This document shows positions 46,152 to 55,247 of a stretch of DNA of 64,000 nt, piece after piece; the stretch's first letter is position 1; each line of letters opens with the position of its first letter. Under the pieces are notes generated by a model, which was not told the origin of the DNA, made no database searches, and was given only the letters and a program-made list of their open reading frames with translations. The stretch is from an uncultured Bacilli bacterium. GTDB taxonomy: Bacteria; Bacillota_I; Bacilli_A; RF39; UBA660. The stretch is from the NCBI GenBank assembly GCA_934167485.1, contig CAKPKL010000007.1, positions 12,186 through 76,185 on the forward strand, in the 5' to 3' direction. A program made the translations under genes and the position numbers.

Positions 46152-48108
46152 AATGGGAGGACCGAGTGGAGCACCGGAAAAGTCTAGAGATTTTTCTGGC
46201 TCTATGAAAAGATTAATTAAGGGATTAAATAATTGGAAAATTATTATGTATATAGCATTAATACTTGCTATGATAAGTGCCATTTTAGCGCTTATTTCAC
46301 CAAATAAATTGTCAACACTTACTGATGAAATAACTATTGAAATAAAACCTAATATAAGTGAAGATGTTATAAAAGATATAATGAAAGATCCTAAAATATC
46401 ACAAAAAGACAAACAAGAATTAAATAAATTAATGGATGATTATAAAAATGGTAATACTGAAAATTTGTTTGAAAAAATAGATAATTTACCAGAATCAATT
46501 ACTAAAAAAATAGAACCTAAAATGAATATGAATAGAATTAAAAGTATAGCTTTATTACTTACAATATTATATATATTGAGTGCTTTATTTAATTATATAG
46601 AATCTTATTCAATGACACATGTTTCTAATAGGTTTGCACAAGATTTAAGAGGTAAGATAAGTTCTAAAATAAATAAACTTCCACTTAAGTATTTTGATAC
46701 TCATGAAACAGGAGATGTTTTATCAAGAGTAACTAACGATGTTGATACAATATCACAAAACTTAAATAATAGTTTAGCTACATTAGTTACAAGTTTAACA
46801 CTTTTTATAGGTTCAATAATTATGATGTTTATAACTAATTGGATAATGGCAATAACAGCTATAATATCAAGTTTAATAGGATTTAGTTTAATAGCTATTA
46901 TACTAAAAAAATCACAAAAATATTTTACATTAAAACAAAAACAATTAGGGGATATTAATGGATATATAGAAGAAATGTATTCTGGATATAATGTAGTAAA
47001 AGCTTATAATGGAAATAAATCTGCAAATATAGAATTTGATAAATTAAATAATAATTTATATGATTCTAATAAAAAGAGTGCTTTTTTATCTGGACTTATG
47101 CCACCAATAATGGGATTTGTTGGAAATCTTGGATATGTAGCAGTATGTATAGTAGGAGCACTTCTAGTATCAAAAGGCTATATATCATTTGGAGTCATTG
47201 TAGCATTTATGATTTATGTTAGATTGTTTACCAATCCATTATCACAAATTGCTCAAGCTATGACATCTCTTCAATCAGTAGCTGCTGCAAGTGAAAGAGT
47301 ATTTGACTTCCTTGATGAAGAAGAAATGAGTACACAAGAAAAACAAAAGAAACACATAGATAAATCTAAAGTAAAAGGTGAAATAGAATTTAAAAATGTT
47401 AATTTTGGATATAATAAAGATAGAGTAATAATAAATGATTTTAGTGCGAAAGCAAAAAAAGGTCAAAAGATTGCTATAGTTGGACCTACAGGAGCAGGTA
47501 AAACTACTATGGTAAATTTACTTATGAAATTTTATGAAATTAATAAAGGGGATATTTTAATTGATGGAGTATCAATACATGATTTAACTCGTGAAAATAT
47601 ACATGATTTATTTGTAATGGTATTGCAAGATACTTGGTTATTTGAAGGTACTGTTAGAGATAATATTAAATTTAATAAAAAAGATGTAACTGATGAACAA
47701 ATATGGGAAGTATGTAGAATTGTTGGAGTGGACCATTTTATTAAAACATTGCCAGGTGGATTAGATGCAGTTTTAAATGATAATGAATCAATAAGTCAAG
47801 GACAAAAACAATTAATTACAATAGCACGTGGAATGATAGAGGATGCACCTTTCTTAATACTTGATGAGGCAACTTCTAATGTAGATACAAGAACTGAAGA
47901 ATTAGTAAGTAAAGCTATGGATAAATTAACACATGGTAGAACTTCTTTTATAATTGCTCATAGATTATCTACAATTAAAAATGCAGATTTAATATTAGTT
48001 ATGAAAGATGGAAATATAATAGAACAGGGTAACCATAAAGAATTGATGAGTAAAAAAGGTTTTTATGCTGATTTATACAATTCACAATTTGATACAATAA
48101 TTGATTAA
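46144..48108 (+). CDS. ABC transporter ATP-binding/permease subunit (second half)
   Basis: GPTGAGKTT, ISQGQKQL and FLILDEATS. It overlaps the upstream gene by 8 nt. Confidence 0.9.
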   Translation: MPRMGGPSGAPEKSRDFSGSMKRLIKGLNNWKIIMYIALILAMISAILALISPNKLSTLTDEITIEIKPNISEDVIKDIMKDPKISQKDKQELNKLMDDYKNGNTENLFEKIDNLPESITKKIEPKMNMNRIKSIALLLTILYILSALFNYIESYSMTHVSNRFAQDLRGKISSKINKLPLKYFDTHETGDVLSRVTNDVDTISQNLNNSLATLVTSLTLFIGSIIMMFITNWIMAITAIISSLIGFSLIAIILKKSQKYFTLKQKQLGDINGYIEEMYSGYNVVKAYNGNKSANIEFDKLNNNLYDSNKKSAFLSGLMPPIMGFVGNLGYVAVCIVGALLVSKGYISFGVIVAFMIYVRLFTNPLSQIAQAMTSLQSVAAASERVFDFLDEEEMSTQEKQKKHIDKSKVKGEIEFKNVNFGYNKDRVIINDFSAKAKKGQKIAIVGPTGAGKTTMVNLLMKFYEINKGDILIDGVSIHDLTRENIHDLFVMVLQDTWLFEGTVRDNIKFNKKDVTDEQIWEVCRIVGVDHFIKTLPGGLDAVLNDNESISQGQKQLITIARGMIEDAPFLILDEATSNVDTRTEELVSKAMDKLTHGRTSFIIAHRLSTIKNADLILVMKDGNIIEQGNHKELMSKKGFYADLYNSQFDTIID

Positions 48109-48162
48109 AAGGTATTTACAAAACAAAAAAAATAGTGTATATTTTATATATCACTATTTCTT

Positions 48163-48237
48163 GCAGGTGTAGTACAATGGTTAGTATATGGCCTTGCCAA
48201 GGCTAGGATGCCGGTTCGATCCCGGTCACTTGCTCCA
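48163..48237 (+). tRNA. tRNA-Gly (GCC)
   Basis: GCAGGTG...CACTTGC acceptor stem, anticodon loop TTGCCAA, T-arm GGTTCGATCCC, and CCA encoded. Confidence 0.9.
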
Positions 48238-48510
48238 AATTTGATTAGAACATTGTAAAATGTTTTAATAAATGGTTTGATTTTTATAAAAATTGTATGT
48301 CAGACAATCAAAAAAAATTAAAACTTTCTAGATTAAGTGCTTTTAGCATTTTTTTTGTTAAATAATAATGTTGCATGATTGTATTTAAATTGATGTAACG
48401 TTATAGGTCTTAATAAGATAATTTATATTTTCCTTTATTATTATCTTTTAAATACTTCCATAATGGCTTATACTTGTTTATCTATACTCCCTGTGTAAAT
48501 TATTATTTAT

Positions 48511-49512
48511 CTATTTTTTATTTTTATTTATCCACTCAACAGTATCTTTTATTGTCTCTTTTATTTTTCTGTTTTTAAAATTTAAATATTGTTTAGCTTT
48601 TTCATTACTAAAATTAGCATTAGAGGATAATGTATAAAGTGAATACTTTGTAAAAAGTGGAGTTTGTTTTTTTAAGTTATAATATATTTCAAATAAAGGC
48701 GCTATTAATTTTACAAGATTTATTGGTAATACTATTTTAATTTTTTTTCTTTTTTGTAGATTACAAATTAAATCACATAATTCTTTTATTGTTATATATC
48801 TATTAGATAAGATATAACATTCACCTTTAGTACCATTTTTACAAGCACAAATAACACTATCTGTTACATCTCTAACATCAACAAAATCATATCCACCCTT
48901 TACACAAGCAAATAATTTGCCACACATTACTTCTTTTACTAATTGTGTTAAGTGACTATTGCCAAAATCATTTGGACCTATAATTCCGGATGGATGAATA
49001 ATACAAGCATCTAAATCTTTATTTTTCACAGAATCTATTACATACTTTGCGGCTTCTGCCTTTGTTTTAGCATATAGTCCATGAACATTATCAGGATTAA
49101 AATTAGTTATTTCTTTTATTAAGCCATTATTAGGTTTTTCTGGGATTGCATGAACACTACTAATATATACAAGTTTTGCTTTTGATTCTAAAACTTTATC
49201 TACTATATTTTTAGTACCATTTACATTAACATTATAAATAAGTGGGTTGTATTTTGATTTTATATATACAATTGCAGCACAATGAATTACAAATACCTCT
49301 TTTCCATTAGTATTTTCAAAAACAGATGATAAAGATTCTTTGATTGTTACATCACCGTAGTATATTTTACATTTCAAATTTTCTAGTGATTTTATAGAAT
49401 CACCTTTTAACACAAAAGCTCTAATTTCATTGTCAACATCTCGTTCTAATTTTCTTATAATGTTATTACCTAAAAAGCCATTTGCTCCTGTTATTATATA
49501 AATCTTTTTCAT
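48511..49512 (-). CDS. NAD-dependent epimerase/dehydratase (extended SDR family)
   Basis: GANGFLG (GxxGxxG) near the N-terminus and YAKTK (YxxxK). I chose the start at MKKIYIITG. Confidence 0.85.
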   Translation of the reverse strand: MKKIYIITGANGFLGNNIIRKLERDVDNEIRAFVLKGDSIKSLENLKCKIYYGDVTIKESLSSVFENTNGKEVFVIHCAAIVYIKSKYNPLIYNVNVNGTKNIVDKVLESKAKLVYISSVHAIPEKPNNGLIKEITNFNPDNVHGLYAKTKAEAAKYVIDSVKNKDLDACIIHPSGIIGPNDFGNSHLTQLVKEVMCGKLFACVKGGYDFVDVRDVTDSVICACKNGTKGECYILSNRYITIKELCDLICNLQKRKKIKIVLPINLVKLIAPLFEIYYNLKKQTPLFTKYSLYTLSSNANFSNEKAKQYLNFKNRKIKETIKDTVEWINKNKK

Positions 49513-49945
49513 AATATTTGTCACCAACCACTTCACTCTAAAAATCAAATTAAAAATTCCTTTTTTTTTATTATATCACAAAAATAAAAAAATGATTACT
49601 AAGGCGATCGAACAGAAAAAATTAATTTATTTTTCATTTTAATATATAATCATATTAAAAGTTTGTAAGATTTGTTTAAACCGCTCCAATGACGAATCTG
49701 TTCGAACTGTTTAGTTTGAACTTAACATATATATACCAATCGAAAGATTGATTTTTTTGCGCGTTTTTGTAAAAAAAATTACTTTATAAGTAGTTCTCTT
49801 TTATTTATGTGTTATTTGATACAATTTAATGTGATAATTATTATGTTATTATTTAACTAAACTAACGGTCGAGTTAAAATTTTAAATTTATATGATATGT
49901 TTTAGGAATTTATATGATATACTTATAATAGGAGGAGAGATTTGA

Positions 49946-51007
49946 GTGAAGAGTGTTAAAAAATGGATTGTAGTTTTAATATTAATTATATTGTTATTAT
50001 TATTTTTTGTTTTGTATTTATTGTTCGGTAGAGAAAAATCTTTTACTGTTACTTTTAATACAGATGGTGGTACAACAGTTTCATCTATTAAGGTAAAAGA
50101 CGGAGAAATTCTTGAACTTCCAAAAGAACCAAAGAAAGCTGGCTATATTTTTGCAGGTTGGATAGATAATAAAGATAATATAATTACTAAAGGTACAAAG
50201 TTTAAAGAAAATATTACTTTGAAAGCAAAATGGATAGATAATAGTGTTGAAACTGTTAAGTTGTCTTTTGATACTGATGGTGGTAATGCAATAGATGATA
50301 TTACTATGGAAAAAAATAAAAAGATTTTATTACCAATTGATCCACAAAAAGATGGTTATATTTTTTATGGTTGGCTTAATGAAGATGGTAACCTTATTTT
50401 TAATGATATGATTATTAATAGAGATATGAAATTAAAAACTTATTGGATTAAGAAAGGCGCTAAAACTATAACAATAAAAGTTGATATAGATGGTGAGAAT
50501 GGTTTTAGAGATATAACTGTTGAAAAAGGTAAAAAAATAGTATTACCAGTTATTCCAAAAAAAGATGGTTTTGTATTTAAAGGTTGGGTTGATGATTTAG
50601 GAAATACTATTACAAAAGATACTATAGTAAATGATAATATGACTATCAAGGTTATATGGATAGAGCCTTATACTTGCCCTCTTGATTGTACACCAACAGG
50701 TGATGGTAGTAAATGTACAAAAAAATTAACTACAGATATGGTTTTTGCAACTGTCTGTCCTAGTGGATATACAATGAGTAGTGGAAAATGTATTGGCTCT
50801 AGGTATTACGCTAATAATGGAAATAATGGCTGGGAGTGCAACAACAGTAGTGATCGAATGTATGAAGAAGAGGATGGTGTTGGTGGAGCATTTATGTGGT
50901 GTGAACCAACTATAGATTTAATAAGTAATAAGAGTTGTCCAAATGGTTATACTTTAAATGGAGATACATGTAAAAAAATAGAAACTCTAGATTGTAAGGC
51001 AAATTAA
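49946..51007 (+). CDS. Surface protein with three Listeria-Bacteroides (Flg_new) repeats and a Cys-rich C-terminal region
   Basis: Signal/TM segment, then 3 copies of the pattern (V/L)xFxTDGG...(L/I)P..P.K.GY.F.GW. The C-terminus carries CPSGYTMSSGKC and CPNGYTLNGDTC. Confidence 0.75.
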   Translation: MKSVKKWIVVLILIILLLLFFVLYLLFGREKSFTVTFNTDGGTTVSSIKVKDGEILELPKEPKKAGYIFAGWIDNKDNIITKGTKFKENITLKAKWIDNSVETVKLSFDTDGGNAIDDITMEKNKKILLPIDPQKDGYIFYGWLNEDGNLIFNDMIINRDMKLKTYWIKKGAKTITIKVDIDGENGFRDITVEKGKKIVLPVIPKKDGFVFKGWVDDLGNTITKDTIVNDNMTIKVIWIEPYTCPLDCTPTGDGSKCTKKLTTDMVFATVCPSGYTMSSGKCIGSRYYANNGNNGWECNNSSDRMYEEEDGVGGAFMWCEPTIDLISNKSCPNGYTLNGDTCKKIETLDCKAN

Positions 51008-51091
51008 AAGTGAAGGATTGGTAAAACCAATCTTTTATTTAAATGTTTAATAAAGTATGTTATAATATTCATAAAAGATTTGGTGATGTTT

Positions 51092-51667
51092 ATGGATTAT
51101 AATAAATTAATAGAGTATATTGAAGATAAAAGAATTGTAATAAATGATATTAATTATTATCATGCTTTTGATTATAATAAGCAAAATTTTTCTAGTATGA
51201 TAATAAATGGAATAAAATCACCAATTTTGTTAAATAAAAAAGGAAATGGGCATAATGGAAAATTTTATGTTAGTTTATCAAAAAATGAAAATGTAAAATA
51301 TTCGGTTAACAAAATTTTAATATATCAACCAGCTTTTATAATAGATAATAATATAAAGGTAGTTAAATGTAAAAATTTTATAACGGATGATATTAAAAAA
51401 TTGTCAATGTTTTCTAGAGTAAGTGAATTTGATGATGAATATCAAAAATTTTTAAAAGTACCAAAAAAATATATAGTAGGGATACGATATAATTTATATA
51501 AAATTTTAATTGAATGTAGTACAACTGAAATTATTAAACAAAATTTATTAATTCTAAAACAGATAATAAATGATTTAAGAAAGTCTGGGGTTGATTTACC
51601 AATAATTGATTTATCTAATTCTACATTAATAAATCAAGAAAAGGTTTTAAGATTAAAAATAAAATAG
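51092..51667 (+). CDS. Hypothetical protein
   Basis: ORF. I chose the ATG at 51092 from RBS ggtga. Confidence 0.5.
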   Translation: MDYNKLIEYIEDKRIVINDINYYHAFDYNKQNFSSMIINGIKSPILLNKKGNGHNGKFYVSLSKNENVKYSVNKILIYQPAFIIDNNIKVVKCKNFITDDIKKLSMFSRVSEFDDEYQKFLKVPKKYIVGIRYNLYKILIECSTTEIIKQNLLILKQIINDLRKSGVDLPIIDLSNSTLINQEKVLRLKIK

Positions 51668-51677
51668 GTGAGAATTT

Positions 51678-52226
51678 ATGATTTTTGTAGCGCTTTTAAG
51701 AGGTATAAATATAAGTGGTAAAAATAAAATACCAATGAAAGAATTAAAACTAGGATTTGAACAAATAGGTTATACAGAGGTTACTACTTATTTAAATAGT
51801 GGTAATGTTATATTTTCAAGTAATATAAAGGATAATGATATTATAGTAGATAGTATTCAAAATATGATTAAAAATAAATTTGAATTAGATATACCAGTTT
51901 TTGTAATAAGTATAAATGATTTAAAAGAGATCTTAGATAATAAACCTAGTTGGTGTAAAGTAGAAGACAAAGAAATTTATAATAATATTATATTTATAAT
52001 GTCTCCATATACTTATCAAGATATTTATGATGGTTTAGGAGATCCCAATGAAAAAATCGAAAAAATAAAAAATTATAAAAATAGTATTTTTTGGTCTTAT
52101 ATTTTGAAAGAATATAGAAAAACTAATTGGTGGAGTAGAACTGCAAATACAAGTGTAAAAGATTTTATAACTATACGCACTGTAAATACAATAACAAAGT
52201 TAGTAGAACTCAGTAATAAAAATTGA
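51678..52226 (+). CDS. DUF1697-family protein
   Basis: The N-terminus MIFVALLRGINISGKNKIPMKELK...YLNSGNVIF is typical of the family. Confidence 0.7.
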   Translation: MIFVALLRGINISGKNKIPMKELKLGFEQIGYTEVTTYLNSGNVIFSSNIKDNDIIVDSIQNMIKNKFELDIPVFVISINDLKEILDNKPSWCKVEDKEIYNNIIFIMSPYTYQDIYDGLGDPNEKIEKIKNYKNSIFWSYILKEYRKTNWWSRTANTSVKDFITIRTVNTITKLVELSNKN

Positions 52227-52282
52227 CAAAAAATAAATTATAATATACAATTTTGTTATGATAGAAGTATGGTGTATGTAGT

Positions 52283-52915
52283 ATGAAGAAATTTCTTAAT
52301 AAATATATAAATGAAGAACACAAATTTGATAAAATAACTATGCTTGGTATATTTAGTTTAATAATAGTTATATCAGGTATATTTGGATGGTTTTATGAAT
52401 TTATATTTTATTATTTTAATGGTGGTATGCAACAATTTTATTGGAGAGGTGGAAATTTTTTGCCTTGGATAAATATATATGCAACAGGTTCTATATTGAT
52501 TTACATATTTAGTTATAAACATAGAAGTGAACCTCTTAAAATATTTTTGTTAAGTGTTTTAATTACTGGTATTCTTGAATATATATCAGGTGTTGGAATG
52601 TATGCTATAACAGGTAGCAGATGTTGGGATTATAATAGTGAAATATTAAATTTTGGTAATATTGGTGGATTTGTTTGTTTAAGAAGTGTATTATTTTTTG
52701 GATTATCAAGTTTAATATTAATGTATATGATAGTTCCATTTTGTTTCTTTTTAGCGCGTACTATGAATAAAAAGTTATTTTTGATATTAAGTTTTTCATT
52801 ATGTTCTATAATTTTAATAGATGAATTTTATAATTTATTGTTTGCTAGAATTTTTAATTTACCAAGAGCTTCTAGGATATATAAAAAGTTAGGTTTTCAT
52901 TATGTAAAATTTTAA
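52283..52915 (+). CDS. Putative ABC-transporter type IV membrane protein (CmpB/DUF1113-like)
   Basis: Multi-TM protein. GWFYEFIFYYF and W.DY motifs, by recollection. Confidence 0.5.
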   Translation: MKKFLNKYINEEHKFDKITMLGIFSLIIVISGIFGWFYEFIFYYFNGGMQQFYWRGGNFLPWINIYATGSILIYIFSYKHRSEPLKIFLLSVLITGILEYISGVGMYAITGSRCWDYNSEILNFGNIGGFVCLRSVLFFGLSSLILMYMIVPFCFFLARTMNKKLFLILSFSLCSIILIDEFYNLLFARIFNLPRASRIYKKLGFHYVKF

Positions 52916-53001
52916 TATTGTTAAGAGATTGTTTAAAATACAATCTTTTTTCATATAAAGTTCACATTTTACTGTATAATAGTTTATAGAGAGGTGTTTA
53001 C

Positions 53002-53658
53002 ATGAAGATTTTAGTTGTAGATGATGAGATAGGTATTAGAGAAGTAATAAAGGAATATTGCTTAAATGAAGGATATGAAGTAATAGAGGCATCAAATGGA
53101 CTTGAGGCAATAGACGTTATGAACAATTCTGTTGATGTTATTGTTCTCGATATAATGATGCCAAAAATGGATGGATATACAACACTCAAAGAGATAAGAA
53201 AAAACTATAAAACTCCAGTAATAATGCTATCTGCACGTACTGATGAGTTTGATAAGCTTCAAAGTTTTGATATGGGAGTAGATGATTATGTAACAAAACC
53301 ATTTAGTCCAAAAGAATTGATTGCTAGAATTAAAGCAGTAACAAATAGAAATAAGGTTAATGTTGATGAATATGTATATAAGACATTAAAAATAAATTAT
53401 TTAGGACATAGTGTTTTTATTGATGATAAAGAGATAAAATTAACTCCAAAAGAATATGAATTACTTTGTTATTTTGTTCAAAATAAGGGGATAGCTTTAT
53501 CTAGAGAAAGTTTATTAAGTAAAATATGGGGATATGATTTTTTTGGAGAAGATAGAACTATTGATACACATATAAAGATGTTAAGAAATAATTTAGGCGA
53601 GTATAGAAATTTAATAACTACTGTAAGAGGAATGGGCTATAAATATGAAGAAAAATAA
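53002..53658 (+). CDS. OmpR-family response regulator
   Basis: Receiver domain (LVVDDE, LDIMMP, K) plus a winged helix (TVRGMGYK). Confidence 0.9.
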   Translation: MKILVVDDEIGIREVIKEYCLNEGYEVIEASNGLEAIDVMNNSVDVIVLDIMMPKMDGYTTLKEIRKNYKTPVIMLSARTDEFDKLQSFDMGVDDYVTKPFSPKELIARIKAVTNRNKVNVDEYVYKTLKINYLGHSVFIDDKEIKLTPKEYELLCYFVQNKGIALSRESLLSKIWGYDFFGEDRTIDTHIKMLRNNLGEYRNLITTVRGMGYKYEEK

Positions 53659-55042
53659 TATAAGAGTAAAAATATGGGTATGGTTATCCTTATTTACTCT
53701 TGTTATATTGTGTGGTATATGGTTTATTCAACTTTTATCACTTGGTATTTATTATGAATGGAATAAAAAAAGTGAAATTGAGGAAATTGCAGAAGAAGTA
53801 AAAGAAGCATATGGTACAGAAAATTATGGTGAGGAATTAGATAGAATATCTTTTGATAGAGATGTTTGTATAGAGCTTATTACAAATAATAATACTTTTT
53901 ATTCAACTGATAGTGCATCTAGGGGTTGTTTAAATAATAATAGTAGTGAAGTTAACAATTATAAATTAGAGTTTATGTTAAGTGGTAAAACATCTACTTT
54001 ATATAAAATAATAAATCCAAGATTTGAAAATAAAACTATTGTATATGGTAATAAGATAGATGATGGAGTTTATACTTTTATAAGTGCTTCATTAGAACCT
54101 ATCAGATCTACTGTAAGAGTTTTAAAAAAACAAGTTGTTGTTATTACTTTAATAGTACTTGTAGTAGCATTCCTAATAGCTTATACAATATCTAAAAAAA
54201 TATCTAAACCAATAGAAAAAATAATAGGTACTAGTAAAAAGATTTCTAAAGGTAATTATGATGTTAAGTTTAGTATAAATTCTGATATTGCAGAATTAAA
54301 AGAGTTAGAACAAACTTTAAATAATATGACAAGTGAACTTGCTAAAACAGAAAATTTAAGAAGAGAGTTACTTGCAAATGTATCACATGATTTGAAGACA
54401 CCTTTAACACTTATAAAAGCAAATGCTGAAATGGTTAGAGATTTAACTTATAAGGATGATATTAAAAGAGAAAATAATTTAAATACTATAACAAGTGAAG
54501 TAGATAGATTAAATTTACTTGTTGAGGATGTACTTGAATTATCTAAGATGCAATCTAAAGCAATTGAATTAAGAAAAGAAGAATTTGATATAGATTATAT
54601 GATTAAATCTATAATTGATAGGTTTGATGTGTTATGTCAAAGAGATGGATATGAGATAAAATATAAAGGGTTTAAATGCTTAGTAGTTGCTGATAAAAAG
54701 AAAATAGAGCAAGTAATATATAATTTAATTAATAACGCCATAAATTATACTGGTGATAATAAAAAAATATATATTACTCTTAAAGATAGTGAAGTTGGAG
54801 TAATTGTTTCTATAAAAGATACTGGTAACGGTATAGATAAAAAAGATATAGAATATATATGGGATAAATACTATAAAGTAGATAAAAAATATAAAAGAGT
54901 TACTTATGGTACAGGTCTTGGTTTATCTATAGTAAAAAATATACTTATTCTTCACAAATTTAAGTACGGAGTAAATAGTAAAAAAGGCTGTGGGACTGAA
55001 TTTTATTTTGAGATAAAAAAAGAAAAAGTTAAAAAAATGTAA
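53645..55042 (+). CDS. Sensor histidine kinase
   Basis: Two TM segments, HAMP-like linker, H-box VSHDLKTPLT, N box NLINNAINYT, and G boxes DTGNGI / GTGLGLSIV. Confidence 0.9.
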   Translation: MKKNNIRVKIWVWLSLFTLVILCGIWFIQLLSLGIYYEWNKKSEIEEIAEEVKEAYGTENYGEELDRISFDRDVCIELITNNNTFYSTDSASRGCLNNNSSEVNNYKLEFMLSGKTSTLYKIINPRFENKTIVYGNKIDDGVYTFISASLEPIRSTVRVLKKQVVVITLIVLVVAFLIAYTISKKISKPIEKIIGTSKKISKGNYDVKFSINSDIAELKELEQTLNNMTSELAKTENLRRELLANVSHDLKTPLTLIKANAEMVRDLTYKDDIKRENNLNTITSEVDRLNLLVEDVLELSKMQSKAIELRKEEFDIDYMIKSIIDRFDVLCQRDGYEIKYKGFKCLVVADKKKIEQVIYNLINNAINYTGDNKKIYITLKDSEVGVIVSIKDTGNGIDKKDIEYIWDKYYKVDKKYKRVTYGTGLGLSIVKNILILHKFKYGVNSKKGCGTEFYFEIKKEKVKKM

Positions 55043-55190
55043 AATCAAAAAATTACATTTTTTTTATTTTTTCAAAATATTAAAATATAAAAATGTTGAA
55101 AATAAAGGGAAAAATCAAAAAATTAAATTTCAAAAAAATAATTTTTATAAAAATGTAAAAAAATAATTTTTAATTTTTTTATAAAATCTA

Positions 55191-55219
55191 TTGACTATAA
55201 AAATGGCGGGTGTTATACT
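55191..55219 (+). promoter_or_regulatory. Sigma-A-type promoter TTGACT, 17 nt, TATACT, upstream of nrdD
   Basis: Read directly from the sequence. Confidence 0.55.
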
Positions 55220-55247
55220 TTAATTGTAACACAGTAGGAGGTAGGTT

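Noticed and set aside
55043-55190. Repetitive A/T-rich stretch upstream of nrdD with near-duplicate strings (AAAATCAAAAAATTA[C/A]ATT twice, AAAAATAATTTTTA twice). I checked it as a possible CRISPR-like or NrdR-box array.
   Set aside because: There are only two imperfect copies in low-complexity sequence, with no regular repeat-spacer periodicity. I could find no palindromic NrdR-box consensus.
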